A model generated the notes under the pieces. It did no database searches, was not told the origin of the DNA, and saw only the letters and a list, made by a program, of their open reading frames with translations. Source: Octopus sinensis (Eukaryota). Taken from it: a stretch of 64,000 bases of DNA. Positions within the stretch are counted from its first letter, which is position 1. Each line of letters begins with the position of its first letter. Of this stretch, positions 50,868-64,000 are shown one piece after another. The stretch is taken from contig NC_043012.1 of assembly GCF_006345805.1 (NCBI RefSeq), forward strand, positions 23,684,001 to 23,748,000. Direction: 5' to 3'. A program made the position numbers and the translations under genes.

Positions 50868-51075
50868 CGGGAAGCTTTATGAAAATAAACAAAAGACGAA
50901 GGCAGGTGGAAAACAAACGAACAATTGTATTAGTATGGCGCTCAGGAAATATAAATAAAACAAGTCTTTAACGTTTCGAGCCTACGCTCTTCAACAGAAA
51001 GATACACAGAGAGAGAAAAACACAGAAAGAAGGAGAGAAAAAAAATGCGTGCAGTAGCTAACGAATCAACATGGC
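50868..51075 (-). mobile_element. Solo Penelope-type pseudo-LTR with hammerhead-like motif
   Basis: Reverse complement: tatcttt-CTGTTGA-a-gagc(gtag)gctc-GAAACGTT-aaagac...ccacctgccttcgtcttttgtttattttcat. Confidence 0.75.
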
Positions 51076-51099
51076 GTATGAATAAGGGTTCAGTAAAAT

Positions 51100-51705
51100 A
51101 AAGTGTTGATCATGTCCTATGGACATGCTTGTGTCTCTTGAGGCCTGCTGGTGCCTAGCAGACCATTTGGAAACTGGAAGAAGTTGAGGACTCAGTTTGC
51201 TGGAGTGCTTGCGGATTATTTAGCATGCGTTTTCTTGAATAGACAGCAAGGCTTGCTTTGATTTCGTGCCAAAAAACCACTATGACAGGTAAGGTTTCCA
51301 TTTAAGGGAGCAGCATTTTGCCAGCATGCCTTCATGCTTGCACGATGCTAGTCTTGATGCCGGAGTAGATTTTGCTAAAAAATTTTAACTGAGGAGAAAC
51401 AGGACCGGCACAAGGTCCTTCATTCTAATGCTTTGTTTTCCCAGGAAGAAAACGTAATGTTGCATCTTTTCAGATTGTCTTTCAGTTTCTTTTTGAAGTG
51501 CAAGAGTGGCCTTCCAACTGACCTTCCTGTCGGGAATTGGCCAAATAGAAGTTGCTTTGGGATTCTGATATCACTCATACGTGAGGGATGACCTGACCAT
51601 CTAAGCTGTACTTTGATAAGGATGGCTTCAATACCTGATATATTGCATTTTGTAAGTACGTTACTGTTATAAATATGGTCGCTTGGTTTTATGTCGGAGA
51701 TAGTG
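51100..51705 (-). mobile_element. RTE-BovB-like LINE 3' ORF remnant
   Basis: IKPSDHIYNSNVLTKCNISGIEAILIKVQLRWSGHPSRMSDIRIPKQLLFGQFPTGRSVGRPLLHFKKKLKDNLKRCNITFSSWENKALE shows the QLRWxGHxxRM...RIPKQLLxG...GRP..R.KD.LK motif. Confidence 0.92.
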
Positions 51706-53149
51706 CCCATGTGCATGCGTGTGTTTATATATATAACATATATATATGAGTAATGTGTACTGTTATATGCACATGTATTTCCTTTGTGGATACACACAAT
51801 CTAGGTGTCTTTCTCTCTCTCCCCTGTATGTGTGAATGTACACACACACACACACTTATGTCCACCATATCAGCTTTGGGTTGCTACATATTTCTCCAGA
51901 GGTAAGAATAGAATTAAGATTCTGAAGAAGATGAAAATGTACCAAATTCCTCGTTCTGTACAGTAGCAGCACCAAAGATTATCCTTATAAAGTAAATATC
52001 AACTATAATGGAGCAACAAAAATAACAACAAAGAAAAATATTGAAAGATAAAATAGAAATAAAAATTGGCCGCAAAAAAAAATCAAAATCAAAGAGACAG
52101 ACAGACAGACAGACAGACAGGAAAAGTAAGAAAGAACAAGCAATAAAGAATGTGTGAGAGAGAGAGAGAGAAGACAGAGAGAGACTGAGAAAGTAAAAGA
52201 AACCTATTCCCAAAAGTTTTCTTATTTCTGAGTCTTTCACACTTCATTTTAATCTATTTTATTTTATTTTATTTCATTTCTGAAGTCTTCTTTGTTTCCC
52301 ATTCTTTATTTTTATTTTTATTTTATTTCATTTTGTTTTTGCTTTTTATGTATTTCTTTATTTTGTTTAATATTTTCTTTAAAACATTTTATTCCAAACT
52401 GTTCTTGACACCTTCGGTACGAGGCTGCTTTAATTTTCTCAGGCACAAGAAGGAAATAAAAAAATTTAAAAATTAAAAGAAAATAATCTTTTTTCATCAT
52501 TATCACGATTATCAACATCATTATAATCATTGACATCATTCCTTCTTCTTATTATTATTATCATTATTATTATTATTATTATTATGATCATTATCATTAT
52601 TAATATTATTATGATCATTATGATCATCATTATTATTATTATTGTTGTTGTTGTTATAAAAAAAAACATCATCACAATCACCATCAACATAATCTTTAAG
52701 AAAACAGAATCATCATTAATAACAACAACAACAACATCACAAATAATATTGTTGTTTTCATCATCATCATTGTCATCATCACCATCATCATTTTCACAAA
52801 CTTTCTCAATTTTTTTAACATTTGTAATTGTTAGTTTTTGTAGGATATTTTGTGTGTGTGTGTGTGTTGCTGCTGCCATTTTCATCTCTGTTATATCGTC
52901 CCCCTCATCATCACCATTATCATCATCATCATCAACAACAACATCGTTATAATCCATTAATTGTCCTTTGTATAACTATCATCATTACTCTCAGCATCAC
53001 CACCACCAACCATCATGAACCCCCCCCCCCGGGCCACCTACACATATTTCTACTAACATCTTTCTGTGCAATATTTTACGTCTATTTCTTATAGTTTTTT
53101 TTTCTTTTCAACAATCATTATCATTATTACTAATATCATTGTTATTACT

Positions 53150-53320
53150 AATATCATTGGCGTTAGGAAGAGCATTGGCGTTAGGAAGGGCATCCAGCCG
53201 TAGAAACACTGCCAGATCTGACTGGGCCTGACGAAGCCTTCCAGCTTCACAGACCCCAGTTGACCCGTCCAACCCATGCTAGCATGGAAAGCGGACGCTA
53301 AACGATGATGATGATGATGA
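53150..53320 (+). mobile_element. 5'-truncated family C SINE with short tandem duplications at its junction
   Basis: ttactaatatcattg x2 and cattggcgttaggaag x2, then ggcatccagccgtagaaac...(gat)n. Confidence 0.9.
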
Positions 53321-53405
53321 TTAGTACAATTTATAACTACACACATTATTACAACTAATTACAATCTTATTTCATCTTCCTATCATTATTATTATTATTA
53401 TTATT

Positions 53406-53441
<36 letters not shown>

Positions 53442-53641
53442 ATTGACAGTAGTATTAGTGATATTGCAATATTAATCCATATATTATTGTTTCTTTCATT
53501 AGTAACACTGTTACTATATCTTGTCTTTACTACTTACTACTATCAACATATCTGTTGTTGCTGCTACTGCTGCTGCTGCTTCTGTTTTGTCCTCTAATCT
53601 TTTTTTATTACTTACCAACATTGATACAATTATTATCATCA

Positions 53642-53676
<35 letters not shown>

Positions 53677-54785
53677 AATAATAATAATATTATTAATGTC
53701 AGTGTTGTTGTTATTTTGTCTTCTAAACTTTTTCTTGCTCAAATTCGGCTCATTCTAATATTTTTCTTGCTGTCGTTCACATTTTTTGTCTCACCTCAAC
53801 TTCCATTAGAACTTTAAACCTTCCTACCATGACCCACCCATCATACCACCCACACCACATTCTTAGGAATAAAGCAAAAATTTTAACTAAATAGATAAAG
53901 CAGACAGAGGTGTCTTTTATTTTTGCAGATGTTGTTGAGTGCATCCCGAGAACAGTTGTGCGTGTGTGTGCATCTGCAACAGTCAAACTTTGTGATTTCT
54001 GCCTTACCAGCACAGAACTTGCAGTGGCATATGTGCATGTGTATGCATGTATGTATGTATGTGTGTGTGAGTGTATGTGTAGGTACTGATGCATGAACAC
54101 AAAAAATGTAGGACTTGACCTAATTAATCGAAGGTAGATTTACTTAATAGCAATTCTTGAGTCAGGTCCACATTACTTCAAATTTCGTGAGTATAAGACA
54201 CATGCACATCATCAGATTTTCAGAGATACACACACATATACTAGTGGCATATAGTAGTTGTTGTTATTGACTGAATGGCTGTGCAGCCACACTGACCATA
54301 CTATGACCATTTTTTGCCATGATAGATCATTAGCCACTAAACTTTTTCTATTTTCTCTCCCTGTTTATTTTTGTGTTCCCTCTGTCGAGCATTAAACTAA
54401 TACATCTGTTTGTTGTTTACACACTCGTCTTTGTCTATTGTTTTTTTGTAAATTCTCACAGTGACTAACATTAGTATTACTTAAATAAGGCATACAAACA
54501 GTGTATTTCTATTCAAAATTCAGGATCCAAAATATAAATAACGTAAACTTAATTCATTTGGGATAGACATATAACAGCACAAAAGTAAACTGAATTTATA
54601 ATACCCTATGAATTGTAAGCATTCTAAAATAAGCCATAATTTTCTTATGCACACACACACTGAAAAATAAGAAACCACATAAGTTTACTTCATTTATTTA
54701 TATGTAAGTTCTATTATTCTTCTTTGAGACACAAAATGTCCAGTAACCTCACTGTACAATAAACCACTTTGCTTGAGCAGCATCA

Positions 54786-55025
54786 GCGTGGAGGCACAAT
54801 GGCCCAATGGTTAGGGCAGTGGACTCATGGTTGGAGGATTGTGGTTTCGATTCCCAGACCGGGCGTTGTGTGTGTTTATTGAGTGAAAACATCTAAAGCT
54901 CCATGAGGCTCTAGCAAGGGATGGTGGCGACCCCTGTTGTACTCTTTCGCCCCAACTTTCTCTCACTCTTTCTTCCTGTTTCTTGTCTCTGACTTCCTAC
55001 GCAACCGCTGAGCCTGGATGCGCAT
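54786..55025 (+). mobile_element. tRNA-headed SINE family D, 5' part
   Basis: gcgtggaggcacaatggcccaatggttagggcagtggactc...ggtttcgattcccagacc has A- and B-box-like sequences, followed by a ttgtgtgtgtttattgagtgaaaaca core. Confidence 0.75.
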
Positions 55026-55258
55026 AGTCAGTTTGAAAATAAAACAGGGGGAAGATTTGTGTTAGGTATGGTCAGTTTAAATGCCAGTGGGTTAATGTAC
55101 TATTCTACAATAACCCACGGGTGCACGTATTCTTCAGTCCTATACCACCTGAAACTGCCCAGATCAGAACAATTTTGATTATTGTTGTTTTAAAGGAAGT
55201 TATGAAGTCTTTACTCTAAGGAAGAAAACTTTAATTCCTTCATCTGTTAATTAATTAA

Positions 55259-55479
55259 CCCTTTAGTGTTCGCATTATTCTACCAAAATTAATGCTTCTT
55301 CATCTACATTGTTTTGAATTAATCATGCATTATCTTGTAGCTATGAGATTTTGATGAGGTAGCTGTTCATTTTTAAAATGATATTATAGAGTTGGTGTGA
55401 GAGACTAGATCTGGCCAGTTTGAGCATAAATCAGGTAGAATATTTTTGGCCGGATATGGCCGGTTTAAATGCTAAAGGG
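55259..55479. mobile_element. piggyBac-like MITE with TTAA TSD
   Basis: TTAA|ccctttagtgtt ... aatgctaaaggg|TTAA. Confidence 0.9.
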
Positions 55480-57829
55480 TTAAATTCTGTAAACATTCAC
55501 TGCTAAAAGTGATGACACGTGTGTTGCTGAATTTTTGCAATGTCTTTTTGGATGCAACTTTAATATGTTCCTGGATTGGTTTTTTTTTTTTGTTTTTTTT
55601 GGTAAATTTGTAAATTTCATACTGATAAAGCTACAAAAAATATCAGGGAAAGCATGTTTGTCATTTGTGATGTCTGTGTGTCCTCTTACTAATTCCATTT
55701 ATTGCTAACATCACGCTTCATTATTTTCTTTTGGTGCATTATCTTTATCTATCACTATGTAATGAATTAACGACCTCACACACACACACAAAATACTATT
55801 TTTTAGCACAAATGACTATTTACACTAAAAACCAAGTCTTTTTCTGCAATATTGTCCATTTTCACAATAATCTGACTACATATAAATACGCTACAAGCAT
55901 TTGAATAAACAAACCCATTTTTAGATAGTTTATGTTTAATCATTTCAGGACAAATCTGTTGCCTTTGAAAATTTAGAACAGGGTGTTAAGAGTTTTAAGC
56001 AAATAAAAGCCAAGTCCCTACTTGCATAGAATGTCTGTCCAACATAAGTAACATTTCCAAACAGCATATTATATACTTTGGATATGAGGTACACCAAATA
56101 AAGCTTCTCCCAGAAACACACTAAAAACCATTTATACTGAATTTTAACACACAAAGCAAAGTTTGCTTGTCTTATTTTCTAGCACAATGACCCATTTGTT
56201 TATTATGGTACTGATGAAGACCTCCACTTCAATTCATAAAAGAAGAGCAAATCAAATCAGTCAAGCCAAGTCTATCTTCTTACAAATTATGGAATGTGGT
56301 AGATAGAAGTGAGGCAGTTGGACATTACAGCCTTTAACCTACAAATGTGTTGCCTCTTCCCTGTACCTGGTCTACCCTTAATACACCTTTTGAACCCACA
56401 CCCTGTTTATTCACTCACTAATACACACAACAACTACTAACCCACAGAAATACAGTCACCTCACTCCACCTTACAATCTTTAACCCACACATGTGCTTCT
56501 TCTTCCTCTACGTTTTCCATATTCAATAGTCTCAGTTCCCTCTGAACAAACTGAATACCATCTCTGTCCAGGCTCACCTTAGGACACATCTAGGCCTTTT
56601 TTCTCTCTCTTTTCAATTTGTTACCCCACCAGTCTCCCACTTGAAATGTTTTGTCACAATCTTCCTTTGTTTAAAGTCAACTCTCTGAAATCCTCAACCA
56701 TAAAAGACTACCTTAAAAAGGGAACTTTAGTGATTGATATGGGGATCTGCAAGGCTACTCCCCGTGTAAGAAGGGAGGGTGGTTTTAACTCAAACAAACT
56801 TTTCCAACCGGGAAAGGTGTGCACAAAAGTCCTGATCACGATAATAATGTTACATACACACAGACACAATTACATACATGAATATCACTGCATCACCACT
56901 GTCCTGGCTATCAGATGTTATAATACATCACTTGTCACAATGCACTTGCTTACATCATTGTAGCTTTCAAATGATGCCACCCTGCTGGGTGAGTGGGTAG
57001 GTCTAAGTTCCCTTTGAATGCAACACTCACTCATTTACAGGTGAGTGGATGAAAGCAAAGTGAAATAAAGTGTTTGGCTCAAGAACACAAAGCAGAGCCA
57101 GTTTGGGAACCAAAACCATGGTTTTGTGATCAGGAGTGCAACACCCTGCTCTGTAGGTCATGTACTTTCACGTATATACATCTATACACAAACACATACA
57201 CATACTCCTGTTATTATTATCATTACAAACAGCTTATTATCCTTTCTCCTCCAGCTATATTTCCACCAGAATCATCATCATCATTAGCATCATCATAATC
57301 ATTGTCACGACATCATTATAATTTTATTTTTCTGGAGATTTTCCTTTTCTTTTTTTTTTTTTTTTTTTTTTTGGTTTTTGTTTTCATTTTAAAATACACT
57401 TTTAATCATTTCACTTGTTTTCAGATTTTGCAATAATACAAAAAACAAAACAAAACAAAACAACAAAAGCATAACAAAAAGAGAGCCCTAAAATAAAATG
57501 AGAAACAATAAAAGAAAAGCAGCCCCCCAAAAACCCAAAACAAAGAAAAGAAAAAAAAATGAAAGAAGTCGTGGGGTGGGGGTGGGGAAAGAGCAGAAAG
57601 CTTATCTTAAAGTAAGAGTTACTTATATCTCAATGGTCATAGAAATATATTGTTTACACACTTCTTCCCTTTACCCTGGCACCATATTTCTTTCCATCTC
57701 TATCTCTAATATCTTGGCCTTCATGGTTTTTTTTAGCTGAAATTTTTGTCATGTTTTTCTTTTTTATTTACTTGTTTATTTAGATATTCATTTATTTATC
57801 TAATTTTTTTTATTTACTCCAATCCCTTC

Positions 57830-57913
57830 ATAACAAAAATGCAATCACACACACACACGTATGTAATATAGACACACACTTATAACATGTCGTACACACA
57901 CTCATGTATATGC

Positions 57914-57945
<32 letters not shown>

Positions 57946-58197
57946 TTACATATATACACACATGTGTATGTATATATATATATATATATATAATATATGT
58001 ATATATATATATATATATACATATTCAGTAACAGTGTACATATATGCAAAAAGATAATACAGAAAGAAAAAGTTCAGCCTAAAAATATTTAAAATATACG
58101 TTTATACACATACATTTTATATATATATATATATATATTACATAATTACATAGATGCATGCACATACATACAAACACACATAAGCACACAAAAATAA

Positions 58198-58231
<34 letters not shown>

Positions 58232-58483
58232 GTATATAAGAAAGATAAAATAATAATAATTGAAAAAATGAAATGACATTTTACAAAATAAAAAAAAGAA
58301 ACAAAAAATTCAAAAACCAAACCAAATAGAAGCATTCTTTAGTGAATGTCTTTTGTTTATATATACATTTACACACACACACATGTATATACACACATAT
58401 ATGCACATATACATCTATACACTCACACACACACATATATATATATATATACGCACACACATATAATATATATATACGCACAC

Positions 58484-58529
<46 letters not shown>

Positions 58530-58671
58530 ATAATATATATATATACGTATGTGCTTCTTTCTTTATTCACACTTACCAACTGAACTGAAATCTTTTTATC
58601 TCATTTCAGAATTTCTCAATTATCATTATTAATTACCCCACTACCTACTTCCCTAACACACACACGCACGC

Positions 58672-58703
<32 letters not shown>

Positions 58704-59356
58704 TGCACGCACACTCCCTAGGTCTTCTACTTTTTTTCTTCTCTTTTCCTTTTCTTTTTGTTTCTTTTTTTGTTTTTGTTTTGGCAGCTCTCATTTATTA
58801 CAGTAAAACTAACGAAGAAGAAAAGGAAGAAAAAAAAGAAGGAATACAAAGAAAGACGGGGGAGGTGATGGTGTGGTGGAGAGGGCAGCAGTGGTAGGGT
58901 TTTGACTACTTCACAGAATGGAAGGAAAGAAAAGAAATTACAGACGAAATAAAAGTCAGGGAGGTGGAGGGGATGTGTGAACGAGATTAGAAGAACAGTG
59001 GCGACATTTATTCACTCATTATTATTATTATTATCATTATTATTGTCATAATTTTATTATTATTATTGCTATTATTAAGAAGAAATCACTATTATTATTA
59101 TTATTATTATTAATGATATTTCTATATTGTTACTGCATTTCTATATTGCTATCATCATCATTATCATCATCAGTGGAAATTTTTATTACTACTATTGTTA
59201 TAATTAATAGTATTTATGGAAGTTGTTTTTGTTGCTGTTAATAATGTTATCATCACTACCACCACCACCTTTCAATACACTTATATATATATGGTCTATA
59301 TATACTCTAGTATGTGTGTGTGTATATATATATATATATGCATATGAAGATATACA

Positions 59357-59397
<41 letters not shown>

Positions 59398-59414
59398 GCA
59401 TATGAAGATATACA

Positions 59415-59458
<44 letters not shown>

Positions 59459-59830
59459 AAAGCTTGTTCACACTGCTATCATCATCATTACAATAGTCAT
59501 CATCATCTTTATCCTCATCTTCATCATCATTATTATTCCTATCACTCTCATCATCATCATCATTGTTGTCATCATCATCATCATCGCATTGTCATTGCAA
59601 TTGCTGTTACTCCTGCTATCACTACCACTATCAGCAACCACACCATCATATTCATCACCATCATCATCATCATCCCCATTATCATTATTGCTGCCACCAT
59701 CGTCACCAACATCACTACCACCACAACCACCACTACCATCGTTTTAGTCATCATCATCAACATCATCATCAACATCAATGGTATAATAAAAATATGTATA
59801 AAAATATAGGAAAATTTCCTCAAATCTACA
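57830..59830. repeat. Microsatellite-rich block: (TA)n, (CA)n, (TTA)n, (CAT)n, with a ~60-bp tandem duplication at about 59337-59455
   Basis: Visible directly; tatgcatatgaagatatacatc(ta)n occurs twice in tandem. Confidence 0.9.
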
Positions 59831-62424
59831 ATTCTTTGTTCCCTTGAATTTCATTACGGCACCCAACTCCATCAACAAATTTTATTTCCTTGCAATATCT
59901 AAAGTGATTATTTTTACTTTGGATTAATTTGATTTCATCAAGACAACAATAAAAAAAAAAGAATAACAACAACAACAACAGTAATAATAATAATAATAAT
60001 AATAATAATGATAATAATAATAATAACAGCAACAACAATACTAAGTACACGCACTGCCCAGCCCATATGGCACACCATGCCAGTGTTGTGCCAAAGTGTA
60101 TGCCATACTATGTAAGTTATACCATGGAAGCACACACACACACACACACACACATGGCCACCAATCGTTCGCTCCACACACACTTGTTTGCTCCATAGCT
60201 TTGTTTCTTTCTGTGCCAACATGATTCATTGTCACCTTCTTACAGAGTCTTTACTTCACCAATCTCTCTGTTGCACCCCTACCCACAGTTTTCTTCTACC
60301 CCCCCGCCCCGCAACCACACCTTCCTGCCCCCCCCCATTATCACATTGTCATTGCTTAAAGTCTATTGTCCACTTTGATAATTATTTTCTCTTTTTCCTC
60401 TCATTTCATCATTCAATTGTTTTATTTTGTTTTGCCCCCACCCTTCTTCTATTCTTCCCCCCTTCCTCTATCCCTTCCCCCTTCCTCTATCCCTTCCCCC
60501 ACCTTTCTTTCTCTTTCTCTTTCTCGTTATCCCCCCTCCACCGACCCTGTCTCTGTCTGTCTTTCTCTCTCTTTCTCTCTCAGCAGGTTTCTGATTCCCA
60601 GAAACCCTTGCTGCAGATGACAAGTGATGGAGGAGACAAACTTTGACTGACAGAGCTTCCACCCCACCCCCGCCCCACATGCCACCATCTTGGCAGAAAA
60701 TAAAACAAACACAAATACAAAAATTGAAATTAAAGACACTCTTCAAGACAGTTATATTCTTCACTCCACCACCACCACCCCCGCATCTCTCTCTCTCTCT
60801 CTCTCACACACACATTCTTTTAAAGGCTTAAAAGAAAGTGAACAGAAATCCTTAGAGAAAGATGGATTCTGCAGGGTTGTGAACTAAAAAAAAAATATTT
60901 ATATAAAAATATACATGTAAAAAAAAAAACAGGAACAAATAACAAAACCAAAAAAAAAAACCCCTTCACAACAAGCAAAAAGAAATATAAACCCTCACCT
61001 CCAATAACAATCAGAGGTGACATAGAGGACCTAAACAAGTTTAAAAGGACAAATCAATCAATTAATCAATCAATGATTGATTCAATCTATCAATCAATAA
61101 AGTCCTGATGCTGATGAAAGATGGGTTCTGCTACATAGCTGTTAGGAAGTCATTTGAAAACATCTTATGATAGCCATCACGAATGACACCAAGGTTCGAA
61201 TAAGTCGAAAGGACAAATTTCTCACTCCAGAGATCAAATAAGATCGATATTGTAATTTAATTGGTTTCTATTTTTTTAAAATTTAATTTAAAAGGTCGAA
61301 TTATTTTTTTACATGCTATACTAGGTTAGATATTTGTACATTCTGCCATAACATACCCCCCCACCACCACCACCACCAAAAAACCCCCTAAGTACCATAA
61401 AGGTCCATATACATACACCTACCATGGTCAAATTGAAGCCTGAAGGACTTCCTGAATGGAATACCTAACAAAAAATTACCATAAATTCTTTTTAGTCACC
61501 TGCCTGATGATTATCCATATCTTATGAAACCCACTTCCCTGCCAAGAATGATACCCATGCTTCATGTTGACTATGCTAATGCTAACATGTATAACACATG
61601 TGACATCTTGATTTTTTGGGGGCCAAAATTAAGAAAAAAAAAGACCCTTCAAAACTTTATAATCCCATAAATAACAGGCAATGTTGCACAACTGCTATAG
61701 AAGAAGATAATCTATGATTATTCAACATATTTATTTTTAATATTTCGCTTTTCTTTCAATAAAAAAAATATTGACATCATTCCCATTTTACTTCCGTTTT
61801 TCATGCTTGCATGGGTTGAGTGGGTCATCGCACTTAGATTCAGTTCTTGTTTGCATTTTATGCTCTTCCAGGCACAATTCAATGACCATGTTTTATATTT
61901 TACTTGTTTTAACCATTAGACAGTGACCATGCTGGGGCACCACCTTCAAGGCCTTTGTTGAAAAATCAACCCCAATATTCATTTTTCCTAAGCATCATAC
62001 TTATTCTATTATTCCCCGTTTTGGTGAACTGCTAAATCATGCGGATGTAAAACCAGCTCCAATTCTCAAGGGATGATGATGGGATGTACACAAATACATA
62101 CACATATATGTCTCTACCTCTCTCTATATACATGTGTATATGTATGTGTGTGTGTACATGTACATATATTTTTCATTTTATATATATATGCAACAGGCTT
62201 CTTTCAGTTTTTGTCAACTAGATCTACTCACAAGGCTTTAGTTAGCCCAGAGTTACAGTAGAAGACATCCAAAGTGCCAAGCAAAACCATGAGATTGTGA
62301 AGAAACTCCTTACCACACAGCCACACCTGTACCTATGTTTGATTTTGAAATGATTTCTATTATAAGGTGCTCTTCCTAACACCAGCTAATAGCAACACTA
62401 CTACTACTACTACGAAGAAGAATA

Positions 62425-62905
62425 TAGGTACATGCCAGAAACCGTCACAGAAAAATGAGAAAAATAAAGATAGAAAAATTAAGGTCAATAGGCCAGATAT
62501 AGTTGGCAGAGATCATTAAAAAAAATATACTTTCTAGTCAATGTATCAATATCAGCAGATGACAACGTTTCTCTAATAGAAATGGAGAAACTTTTAAAAT
62601 ACAAAGACCTGAAAATAGAGGTAACTCGAATGTGGAGCCTAAAAGCAGAAACAATTCCTATCATAGTGGGCATGTTAGGCATGATAAAAAAATATTCAGA
62701 CAAATACCTAACAAAAACACCAGGACTAACAAGTATATATAACATACAGAAAACAGCACTACTAGGCACTGCACACATCCTACGTAAAGCACTTTCAATA
62801 CCGTAACTATAAGAGCACTACAACAAACTACAGCACATACCGAAGGTACACAGAGCTGTGCTCTGTAGTGCAGTGAAAGCACGCGATAAAAAATATGACT
62901 ACTGA
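62425..62905 (+). mobile_element. R4/Dong-clade 3' end, subfamily 1, longer copy
   Basis: DRKIKVNRPDIVGRDH, frameshift, FLVNVSISADDNVSLIEMEKLLKYKDLKIEVTRMWSLKAETIPIIVGMLG...GTAHILRKAL* contains the (R/K)PD...D...K..KY restriction-like endonuclease motif. The 3' UTR matches 21510-21610 and ends in (aat)n. Confidence 0.9.
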
Positions 62906-64000
62906 ATAATACTAATAATAATAATACTTTCTACAAAAGGCACAAGGTCTGAAATTTTGGAGGAGGGGAGTAGTTGATTACATCGACCCCAGTGTTTCAC
63001 TGGTACTTATTTAATTCATCCCTTTCAAGGTGAATGAATATAGACACACATGCACTTTATTTGTGGCTTAAAGTAGCCAATGGTTTCATGTGAAGCAAGC
63101 TTCACAAGTGTTCATGTGTTGGTACTCATCTCCATTTTGGATGAGAATACATGAGGTTAAACAAGATTGAACAGGATTTCAAATTAAATGCACATATCAC
63201 AGGAGATAACTTATAAATGTGTATGTGTATGATGATGAGGATATATTTTTAATAACAGCTTAACTTAGCTCTACATGGCTGAAATTAGGACATGTAAGAC
63301 ACATTCGTCCATCTTATCAAATGCACTGTATCTAACAGGTCATAAGGACAGACTAAAAGAGCTGATTTCAAGAAAGGCATTCATCTATAAAATACCATGA
63401 CAACAAGTGCTGTCCAATTCTGTCTTGCAACCACATGGTTTAAAGTTCAGTCCCACTGCACAGCATCTCAGGCAACCATCTCCTACAATAGCCCAAGACC
63501 AACCAGTACCTTGTGAGCAAATTTAGTTGATAGAAACTGTTTGGAAGCCCATTTTATACATGAGTGTGTGTGTGGCATGTGAGTGTTTGTGTGTGTACGT
63601 GTGCGTTTGTGTTTGTTCCCATCCTTCCACTTGACAACTGATATTGGTTTGTTTATGTCCCCGTAACTTAGCAGTTTGGAAAAAAATAAAAAAAGACAAA
63701 GAATAAAGTGCCAGGCTCATAAGAGTGCTGGGGGGTTGATCTGTTTGACTAAATTCATCAAGACGATGCCCCAGCATGGCCATGGTCCAGTGACAAAAAC
63801 AAGAGATAGATGATGATGATGATAGCGGATGGAGAGAGAGAGAGAAAAAAAGAGAGAGAGAGAGTAGGGATTCCATTACTTGTGCTTCATTAAATGTTAA
63901 TATTTTAAGGACAAAGTTATCGCCAATGGGCTTGGAATTTGGAAGAAACTCCACAGCAGAATCTGTTTAACACTGGTGAATCATGATTTCACTTCTCCAC

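Noticed and set aside
52466-52957. 163-aa and 140-aa ORFs rich in D/I/M or S/T/I
   Set aside because: They are translations of (CAT)n/(TAT)n trinucleotide repeats, open on both strands.
58570-58600. Minus-strand consensus donor TTG|gtaagt, possible 5' UTR exon end
   Set aside because: There is no supporting acceptor tract or promoter evidence, and a single 6-mer is expected by chance in 64 kb.
61040-61130. TGATTGAT/ATCAATCA cluster and CTGATGA motif
   Set aside because: This is a (TCAA)n microsatellite rather than a PBX site array, and the CTGATGA lacks stem II and GAAA, so it is not a hammerhead.

Overview
AT-rich eukaryotic (animal) genomic window dominated by microsatellites and dispersed repeats. 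The repeat families look like those of an octopod cephalopod; this is inferred from family resemblance, not from a database search. No complete host protein-coding gene can be supported, and almost every ORF in the supplied track is a by-product of (TA)n, (CA)n, (TAA)n, (CAT)n or (GA)n tracts or of SINE bodies. Recognisable content: at least four tRNA-headed or SINE-like families in many copies; decayed non-LTR retrotransposon pieces (RTE, R4/Dong-type restriction-like endonuclease tails sitting in TAA arrays, Penelope RT and GIY-YIG remnants); a TIR-bounded deleted Tc1/mariner (DDxD) element; a non-autonomous Helitron; and pogo-, mariner- and piggyBac-type MITEs, two of them nested in SINEs with intact TSDs. 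The most unusual object is a TSD-flanked ~500-bp fold-back at 26948-27454 that joins a tRNA-like Pol III head to a minimal hammerhead-ribozyme motif. A few weak exon candidates on both strands suggest the window may be large-intron or gene-desert sequence. Most repeat boundaries are approximate to within about 10-20 bp.
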